Below are positions 54,470-64,000 of a DNA stretch of 64,000 nucleotides, one piece after another; position 1 is the first letter of the stretch; every line of letters begins with the position of its first letter. A program made the position numbers and the translations under genes. The stretch comes from the human T2T-CHM13v2.0 reference genome, Homo sapiens. The stretch lies in NCBI RefSeq assembly GCF_009914755.1, contig NC_060925.1; one strand, written 5' to 3'. The notes under the pieces are model-generated. The model had not been told where the DNA came from and ran no database searches. It was given only the letters and a program-made list of their open reading frames with translations.

Positions 54470-54968
54470 ATTGATTCAGTCAGGATATTTTAGGAAAACA
54501 GAAGCCTTTCTAGGTGTTACATGCTGGAAGAATTAAATACAGGGGAATAGATACTAATAAACCTGCTGGAATAGTTGGAAAAGTGAAGACCATGGAAAAA
54601 CATGATTAAAGTTCTGAAAATCAGATAATACAATAATCACAAAGAGCCTCTACCAATTATTGCAGCAACCTGTAGAATTGAAGGGGATTATTCATGAAAA
54701 GAAATCAGAAAATCTCTTGTGAAACTGCAGGAAGTCATCTGCCACAGGCTCTCTGCCTGTGTGTTATTTTCAGGACAAAATGGCTTTTCATTCTGTCTGC
54801 CTTCCAAATATCATTCAAGTGCCATTCACTGGTGAATCTCAAATGGAACCCTGATGGCAAGGGAGCCTGAGAAATGTAAACTCTTGGTTTCCTGCCTCTG
54901 AGATACATGAGGGACATGGGAAGGAACAAAAAAGATGTTGAGAGGCCAACAGAAAATTCAGCATACAC
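54470..54968 (-). mobile_element. Old ERVL-class LTR (LTR33/LTR41-related; subfamily uncertain)
   Basis: agtcaggatattttaggaaaacagaagcc...ggaaccctgatggcaagggagcctgagaaatgta...gagaggccaacagaaaattcagcataca. Confidence 0.6.
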
Positions 54969-57900
54969 TTACAAATTTACTACATAGCTCTCAATACTTT
55001 GCTCAGTACGCAAAGCAGTAAAAATATATACTGGAAAATGCCTGGAGTGTTTACTGACAATTTTACTTTAGTGCAGAAACAACTAATCAAAAGGTTTAGA
55101 AAAATCATTCCTATCTGAAAGCACTTGCTTTAAAAAATCTAAAAAGTACCAATGAAGAAGATTAATAATGGGAAACAAGTTTTTTGATTTGTCTGTTTTT
55201 TCTTCAATGTGTGAGCGTTTGTCACAGTTTAAACACCATATTACAGGATATGAAAAGAAAGCATTCTGGAAATGAGGTTCTGTTAGATCACTCTAAGTAA
55301 TAATTCAATTTTATCAAGGTGGGAACTATTCCACCATGTTAAGTAAAATATGTAGGAAATATAGGATTCCACAAATCTACCAGGGAATATATATTCACTA
55401 ACACACCAAAATACACACAGCTCTCTCCTTAACTGACATTCAAAAAGATAAGGCATCTAGATATCAATCTAAGTACTTTTCAAAAAGCAAAATTGTTACA
55501 TATTTGCTTTTCATAGCCAAGCTCATACCGGTCTTTTAAATCCACTTTCTATCCATTTTCTTTTAGTTTGACCTGTAATCAGCAGTCTCCTTTAAGGTTA
55601 AAAAACCTAAGAATCATAAATACATGAGGCCTTGAGAGAAAATGTAGTTTATCTGGTTAATTCATGATTTTGACCAACCATGCTTTGTAACAGACACTAA
55701 AAGAAATATATATTTCAATTATATTTTTTAAATTGTATACACAACTCTATTTTCATGCTAAATAATGTATGACTTTCATTTTATAATATTATATCCAACT
55801 TTAACATTGTAAATAAGACTCATTAAGTAATACTTTCAGTTGATTATTAACTGTACATCTGGAAATGTTAAAATCAGAATTTTGTTTCCTTTTTATCATA
55901 TTTTAAAAATATCTGCTTAACTTTGTTATATGGCTGGATTATAAAAGCAAATTGATATCTCATATCTAAATCATAAACTTTTTGGTTCATCTCTCTATGT
56001 TAGTTGATTTTTATGTAGGGAAAATCAGATGCAAAATAGTTGAAAGGAATAAGAAAAATAAATAATAAATCAGTAATAGTAAGCCTGAGTACCTGAGACC
56101 ATATTTCTATATCATTGCTTGATCTCTCTCTCTCTCATTTCAATAATTTACATAATTTCAAGTAAGTGCAAAATGATAATATTCATTTCATTATTTGTGT
56201 GAGTACATGACCCCAATTTATAACAGCATCCAAATTTACAATCCATAGCACTTTTTTTTAAGAGACGCAAAGCAAACATTTCTCTTCATAGGTCAGTGTA
56301 AGTAATCCTTTCATGCAAAGGGAGCTTTGCAGGGCCTCAAAGAAACCCCTTAAAGAGGTTCAGGGATATTACAGTGCAGCTTTCTTCAGAAACTAAATTT
56401 GCATTGGAACTGTTTACCTGAAAATAGTTTTTAAAATGTCTTATGCAGCCCCAGAGACTTTTGAACATACTTAGTAATGAGGTAAATACTGGTTAGAATG
56501 TTTTAACTAAATAAATACCTGAGAGTTACTCTTTACCTGTTGGCAAGATTCCACAACTCCAGTATCTGAGTGAAAAATAAAGCCGAATTTTCCATCAACC
56601 CCAACAATACCTTGGTTTTCTCAGAGACTTCATTAAAATGAATGTTCTTAGAATTTAAACATTGCAGCTCTCACCTCTAAGGTTTGCAGAAATGATTCTT
56701 TATTTATGAGAGATCAAAAAAGGTTATACAACACCAGTCATTCTGTCACAAGGGCTTTTGAAGTTTAGTTATATTTTTATGCTCCTGTTTCTGTTCTTAA
56801 AAATACAAAGTTTCAGCAGCATGTAAAGAATATTGCAACATATATTTCATAGAATTATTTTTCTTCTAAAAAGGATATTGCCCTCATTATATCTGCTTTC
56901 TTTCATGAAGAGAAACAAATTACATATTTTAAGAGCACATTTAAATTTGAGAAATGAGAAAAAAATAGATTCACCTAGATATTTAAAAGTTCCAATGTTC
57001 CAGTGTTTTACCTTTCACAGGTGGTTTAGTGATAGGAAGAGGCATTCCTTTTATTGACATGTGTGTGTGTAAAAGAAAAACTAAAAACTATATTAAATAT
57101 AATTCTCAGAAGGTGTGGATCTCATATTCATCTTTATCAACACAACTTAGGGAGCATAAGGGAAAGAAATAAATAATTTCATTAAATGCAGGCAGAAATT
57201 AACCTGCCTGATAACTCTAGCTGGCTAAAACTCTTCTTTAAGCTGTTGAAATTGTCAAAGGCAGGCCACAGTCCATATTGACTGTAACTACAAGTTAGCC
57301 ATCTTAGCTGAAGTCCTGGGGAATTCTAGTTTACTTTATAGAAGTATGACACTGTGGTATTTTTTTGGACTTGCTCTTACATAAATGACAGATGTCTTGC
57401 CAAGTCATTATCAGTACCTGCAAGAACCTCTAGAGGAATAGGCAAAAGTTAATATATATTGAAAATCAATCCCATTCACTCTTCCGAGTGAATAGAAAAA
57501 ACAGGCTCATTGCTTGCCTAGGTACAAAGCCTACAAACAGCATTTGAAAGCCAGAGGCAAAAGGTCCAAGACTTCTCCTCTGTACTTTTTCAAAAACTTT
57601 ACATTTCATCTTCTTGAAAGTCGAAAACAACTCCAAAAAATCAGTTTTTTTTTTAAATTACTGACTTTAATTGTCTCCTTTCATCCAATGAGTCCAAGAA
57701 AAGAGAAAGCAATATCATAATCACTTACGTCTTACTTTCATTTGAGCCTAGTGCCAGGAAGTGTTTAATAAGATTTTTCAATAGATGATACAGTAGCAAA
57801 TTGAAATAAAGACAAAACAAAATGAAATAAAGATTAAGGTATCAAAAACCACTTTTAAAACAAACATAAAATACAGGTCTTAAAAATTTTTAGAAAACGA

Positions 57901-58286
57901 TTCAAATGTTACATCAAAATAGGGTAGTTATGTCCTTGTAGCTGAATAGAACTATGGCCATATCTTAAAGACACATTTCATTTTTGTATAATTTCTTCTC
58001 ACATTGGGTATATCAACATGCAACTGTAAAGTAATACATTTTAGGTACATGAGGATTCATGTTTTCCATACTATTTTTGTCTTATCTTATTAGGTTCACT
58101 TCTACATATCAGCAGTATTGGTAATTATATGTGTTGGCGATTGAGTCTCTAAGAATTCCAAATCTCTAAAAATCTTTCTTTCTATCAGGAAGCCATGTGG
58201 GTTACTGATGACTTGGATCATTAGCCATAAACTCAAGAGCCTACAGTAGTCAGTGAGAGAATTATAATTGATTAGAGTGTATTTTC

Positions 58287-58918
58287 TGTGCCAGTTATCA
58301 ATCTATTGCCTCTCAGCTTTAAATCCATATGATGCTTTGCCCTGCTTTGGATTCTGAGGCTGGTCCCTCTTAACATTTTTCCTTTGCCAACTGGCACCTG
58401 GGTAAACTTTATCATGGGAAGCAATGGTGGGACACTGCAGGAAGAAGAGTCATCTCTTGCAGGTTCCAGTGTCTCTTTCCTTCTTGCTTCTGCAATGTGT
58501 GGCAGCCAGCAGTAGGCAGGACACATGGTGGCACTCATCCTCCACAAAGTTTTTTATGGTATCCCAGTGGGTGACTTCCCAGTGAGTCTTGCTGGCCGTC
58601 CAGCAGGCAGTTTTCTGTGTCCAGTCTTGCAGTCTGCCCTTCTTCCCTATCCGGTATGTCATAGCCAGACCCTCTCCACTGAGGAATCTAGCCCTGGGTT
58701 TGAGGGTGATTGTGCTCTCTTCCAAATGTGTTTCTTCCCTAGGTACTCTGCCTTAGCCCTTAGCTGCTTCCTATGGATAGGATCTATGAATCCTTCAAGG
58801 ATCTCTTTACCCTGTGGCAGTTAATCTCTTGTTACTAGCTAATAATTTTTACGTTAAATTTTCCCTGTACAAATTACTGGTGTGGTTTCTCTCTTCTGAC
58901 TCGACCCTGAATGATTTA
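58287..58918 (+). mobile_element. LTR41-like ERVL solo LTR
   Basis: Starts tgtgccagttatcaatctattgcctctcagct and ends aaattactggtgtggtttctctcttctgactcgaccctga. Confidence 0.8.
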
Positions 58919-59353
58919 TTCCTATCAGTTCTGGCTATTATATGGTGGAATACGTGTTTTTAAATCTTCATATTTTTCAAATAATCTGGAGGGTTTTTTT
59001 TTGGTAAAAACTTTAAATTTCGTATATGCCATTTGACTTAAAATTTAGAAATCATAATGCAAACAAATATTCTATAAATTTTATGGTTTTCTAATCCTGC
59101 TACAGATAAATGGGGAGGCAGACAGGTGAATATAGAGTCACCGAGCAGGCAAGTTTGTAGCAGAAGTGAAATTCGAACACATCAGCGCAATGAGCCATTG
59201 AGGCAGAGAGATTGGAAAGGTGAGGCTAGGGTCAGGCTTTTAAAAGATTGTTTTGGGAGAAAGTTAAGAGAGAAAGAAGATATTTCTCAAGCAAACAAAA
59301 AAAATTACAGCCACTTCAAATGTGGTCAGGAAGAAGTTCCACATAATGTATGT

Positions 59354-59381
59354 ACACACACACACACACACACACACACAC
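59354..59381. repeat. (CA)n microsatellite
   Basis: About 14 uninterrupted AC units. Confidence 0.95.
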
Positions 59382-60189
59382 TCAATTAAAACATATAGAA
59401 AATTAAAGTTAAGCCATTTGAGGCTAGAATCCCTCATGGAAATGGAAATGATTTCCTATTTCCATTTAACATGAAAAGAATCTTGAGCTTGCCTAGTTTT
59501 TAAAAGGGTAAATTGGCACTTTTTTTGCAGCTAAGAATTTTAAAAGATTAGAAGGGTCTAGAAGAGAAAAAAAGTTCAAGCAATTTTAAAAATACATATA
59601 TTATTTTTGAACTATCTCAAATAAATGTGATGTGATTTTGTCACTTTATTGTGATCTAATTGTATATTCAGGAATGCAAGCCAGTTGCAAGGGTTGGTTC
59701 TATTTTTAGGACTCTCTTCTTTCACATTAAAAATGGAGAACAAAAGGGACAGTCAGGTGAATAGTGTCTGCTAATGTAGGTACTGTCCACTCAACCTTAG
59801 CATAATGGTTAAAGAAGGCTAAATATTTGAACAGTTTAGCATACAGAAGCATAGGGTCAGTACATCTTTATTTTTCATCTAGGCAGCTGGGCAGAAAATT
59901 AGTCAATTGAACTCCATCTGTCTCTATCTTTTCTCATTAGTTTTTGGAGGAAACATAATATTTTTCCAATATATATGCCCTTTCTTTTTTTTCAAAGTAT
60001 ATGAATTATCCTAATGCAAAAGTATGATGAAAAATATTGAATGTCATGTCAGGAGGTTGGTGTATTTTCTCCTAATTCTAGCTAGGTATTGACATCTCCC
60101 ATATATAATATAAGAATGCTGTTAAGAACAATGCTATTTTTCATCATATAATATGAACAGCACCAACAGTAATTTGTAAAACAATTAAA

Positions 60190-61095
60190 ATGTTGAATAA
60201 TAAACATGTAACTGTGACTTACTAACTTATATGTATGAGGCATATAACCATGAAAAAGACAAAGTTCCTGCATTCAAAGAGCTCTGTTTTTACCAGTGTA
60301 GACGAACACATATCTGACCAGTTTTCTTCCTAGATTATGGTAGGTATTATAAGATAGTAATAAGCAAACTGCTAGGCACCTGGGTAGCAAGGTTGATTAA
60401 TTCTTCCCAATGTTGATTAACAAGAGATTAACTGTGCTATGATAAATGACTAGGTTATCCCAATGCATACAAGGTAGCAATGGTTACCCACTCAAAGAAA
60501 ATTGCCTGAGAAAAAATGTAGAATGTTTGTAGGTAGCCAATGATGTAGCAGGGCTAGAACATAAGGTACTTGGGGAAAATAACCAATAGGGCAAAAAGTG
60601 AAAGGATTGATGCCCTGCTAAGGAGTTTAGATTTCATTGTCTGTGAAATGGTATTGCCAGAAATGTTTTCCAGCTTCAGAGTGGTTATATATTCATGTTT
60701 GTGTTTTAAAAGAATAAGCCTAGCAATGTAAAGAGCGTATTTGGAGACAGAATGCATGAGCTCCCGGGAGCTTAGGGAATGGGCTCATGGAATAACTGAG
60801 AGCATTTGATGATGAGGACCGGAATCACGGAAGAAGTGTGGAGGATGAAGCATAAGACAAATTCTAAAGACATTTCAAAGATAAACTTGAGAAGACTTGG
60901 TTGACTGGATTTAAAGGGTTAGGAGAGGTCGAAGTCAAAGATGATTGAAGTTTTCTAGCCTGTGTGACTGGGAGGAGACTGGCCCCATTACTGGAGCAAG
61001 GGAACACAGAGGAGCAGCAACTTTAGGGCGGGGGTGGAAAGATAATGAGTCTAATTTGAAACATCTTAGGTTTTGAGTGTCTGTGGGCCAGGCAT
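60190..61095 (-). mobile_element. L2 fragment
   Basis: gccctgctaaggagtttagattt...gaagacttggttgactggatt...agtcaaagatgattgaagttttctagcctg...gagtctaatttgaaacatcttaggttttgag. Confidence 0.75.
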
Positions 61096-62269
61096 GCTTC
61101 GTATTTTCTAAAAATAAAAGGGCTTTTGGGGCAATCATCTAAAATAATTGTAATATTAAAATATAATTTATAAATGTCACCCTGATGTAAAAATATTTAG
61201 CAATGCACATCATTAGCTCACACCATGCTATTTCGAGAGGCCTATGCATGCACATTAGGTCTAAGGTGTAAAAGTCTTTCCATTAGAGAATGTGGCCCAG
61301 ACAATTACATTTGATTTGACCTACCTCCTTGTGCATTTTGGAGACATGGATTAAAGAAATAAAATATTTTTTCTCTTATTTTACTAACAAATATTTTGGA
61401 TAACTCATATATACAGATAATTGGATTCTTTTAAAGTAAAAATTAGACAATAAAGTATTGAGTAGAGAATCGGGTGGCTTTAACTAATGAAAATAGAATG
61501 AACTATATGTTCCTTTTTGTAAAGACTACTTATTCTTTTAAAATGTCTAAAATCAAACAAAAGTGCTCGGTAATTTCTTCCATTAAATTACTATATTAAA
61601 CCTTCTAATTATGACTGCTAAATATTTGAACTGAATTGTAGAACAGAACAAATAATAGGATTAATACTAAATTCTAAATCTATTTTATATAGTACTATTG
61701 AATTTGATTAAATCAATGGTAATTTAGCAATTAGTAGAAGGGCATATAAGATGTTACTATGCAAACAGTCTGTAAGGCATACTAGCAAGCTATTGAAACT
61801 TTGGGAAACAGCAGATACTGGTTGTTAGTCTCTTAAAGTCTGTTTCCTCACATTTTCTTGCCTCTAGCCAAGCCCAAAACTCTTTAGAATACTCACCCGA
61901 TTTTATAAAAATATTAACAACTCATCCATCTAATTGATCAGTACTTTCAACTCTATTGGAACTTTTTGATTCAAATAGAATGCTGGAGGAGCAGCATGCA
62001 CGAGCAATGGAGTTACATGCACTGTGTTTTTAATATTTATAATTTCTCAGTTTTACTTAGTATTAATGCACTTACACTTCTGCTTTTAGAATTGTCTTAT
62101 CCCAGGTGATTGTTTTGCTCATAGCTCATCTCAGAGTATACAGCTTACTCTATCACAATTTTCACACATATTTTTGATGACAAACATCAATACATATTTC
62201 TTGTGTATAATCACAGTTCATGAAGATTTCACTTATTTTTCTCATTTGATACCTTCAATGGCTCCAAAA

Positions 62270-62398
62270 GATGATCTGAGAAGTATTATTTGAACACATT
62301 TACAGGAGAGGAAATAGTATCAATGATTTGCTTAAGTTCACATCACTAACAAACGATGGAAATCACACTAGAATCCTGAATTTCTTTATTCAAAATAC
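62270..62398 (-). mobile_element. MIR fragment
   Basis: cattttacaggagaggaaa...tgatttgcttaagttcacatcacta. Confidence 0.6.
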
Positions 62399-63364
62399 AT
62401 GTCACAGACTTAGAATGGCCAAAATGCCAGTACTAGAAAAAACATTCCCATTGGAGATTTCTTTGTCTTTGATATTGTAATGTTAAAGAACATTCTCTCT
62501 CTCTCTCTCTGTCTGTCTCATTAGCCTTAAGATGAGAATGATTCCTAGTGTGATAGTTAAAAGATGCACACTAAAGTAATGTATTTATAATATTCTTTTT
62601 CTACAAATAAGCACAACTTACTGTTTAGATTGTCTTGTTTACATTTAATCTTTAATCACCAAAGAGTCTTAAAATTTTTAAAAAGCGTTTTCTATCAGTA
62701 TAGAAAATGTGGCCAGATATCAGCAATCCCACATAGGAGCAGGCGGAAATAACTACTCCAGATCCATGCTCTAGAACGTATACAAAGGTACCACATTACA
62801 AGCAGCACGGCCTTGGAAAATGCAAGGAAACAGAGGCTCCTCAGGACAATCCAATCCATCTCCATTTTGAGTGCAATACGGTCCTAGGAATTTAAGTGGG
62901 TAGAATTATCTCTTTACTTCTTTCTGTTCTGTTTTCCTATGTGCTCTCACTTTCATTGAGAAATTAATGAGGGGAAAAAATAACCCAGAGGAAACATTCT
63001 GCCTTATCAACGGAGTTCAGTGCAAATAGTCAAAGCATACTGGATATAATAATATTGCAGCTTAATTAAAAGGCTTTTAAAGCAAACCTTAAAATTATCC
63101 ACATCAAGTAGTGACATTGGCTCTGGTCAGAGCCAGTGCTCTTAGAAAGCTTTTATCCAGAAAGAGATTTGTTTCTGTAAAATGAACAGAGTGGTTGTTA
63201 TTGCTCTTTCTTTGTTGGCAGACTGAGAATCTCCCCTAGGTAAAAATGTGTAAGACCCTTAGTGTACCACCTCTAGGGCAGTTACTATAGAATCTCAGAG
63301 GTCTTTCTTTATCTGTCTTTATATTTTTTGTTTGTTAATAGAACAGTGAAAACATACATGAGGC

Positions 63365-63582
63365 CATATAGCATTTATTTCTAATCTGTACTCAAATCCT
63401 AACTTCTCTCCTTTCTAGTTGTAAATTTTGAGCTACTTGTTTAACTTCCCTCAGTTTCAGTTTATTCATCTCTGAAATGGCAAAAGTATATCTAGGTCAC
63501 AGGCATGTGGTGAGTATTCCATGAGACTATTAATGTAAAGTACTTATCAGTTTAGAGTACTTTAGGTGTTGTTATTATTATC
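63365..63582 (+). mobile_element. MIR
   Basis: tttaacttccctcagtttcagtttattcatctctgaaatgg...aatgtaaagtacttatcag. Confidence 0.7.
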
Positions 63583-64000
63583 ATTTGTCTTACTAATACC
63601 AATTTCATTGTTATTCTGTGATCCTGTGACGTTTTGGAGATCCAGCATACAGCCTTAAAGGCGAGTCTTCACTTAGATTGCAGCTAAGGACCATTGCCAT
63701 TGGCTGGTCACGACTATATGCTGGCACATGTCCCCAGAATTCTACCTCAAGTCCCAGAGGATGCTAACTATGAAACAAATTCCCAACAGATCAACAAAGA
63801 GTTCTTTACTTTTTAAATTCACTGGTACAATGGGCTCCATGAAAAGACAGTGACTTGCACTTTGATTCTTTATTTCTTAAGTCAGCTAAAAAATTCTAGG
63901 TTGTGCAAAGACTGAAAAGATACCTATTTATATTTATTTCATTATTATCTCCACCACCCCCAAGCCATCAAGTGAAGGCAGAGGGGAAAGTTGTCTGCAA

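Noticed and set aside
58272-58824. Three overlapping 91-99 aa ORFs
   Set aside because: All lie in the GC-richer LTR41-like LTR, where stops are rarer.
63265-63281. CTCF-like ccacctctagggca
   Set aside because: Four or more mismatches to the core in the best register.

Overview
AT-rich, CpG-poor primate (human or ape-like) non-coding genomic DNA. It is roughly half interspersed repeats: LINE-1 fossils of many ages, Alu J/S, L2, MIR, about 11 solo or partial LTRs, hAT relics and several micro/minisatellites. I find no intact protein-coding gene, RNA gene, CpG island or novel multi-gene system. The only recognisable protein homology is broken LINE-1 ORF1/ORF2 at 1-3100; other listed ORFs are Alu, simple-repeat, antisense-L1 or chance ORFs. 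The interesting signals are structural. (i) A tail-less AluSp carrying about 30 bp of unexplained DNA replaces part of an MLT1A LTR and later received a 148-bp young L1PA tail. (ii) A ~200-bp AT-rich insertion in an LTR8-type LTR has ends that copy adjacent DNA in direct and inverted orientation. (iii) A ~960-bp G-poor minisatellite arose inside an L1PB 3' UTR and contains an exact 90-bp higher-order duplication. (iv) There is a probable L1-made retrocopy of an ERV LTR R region. (v) There are several perfect or near-perfect palindromes. (vi) Two candidate non-coding exons and two convergent CTCF-like sites lie in unique DNA. Subfamily names are from my recall of consensus sequences, not a database search, and boundaries of old repeats are approximate.
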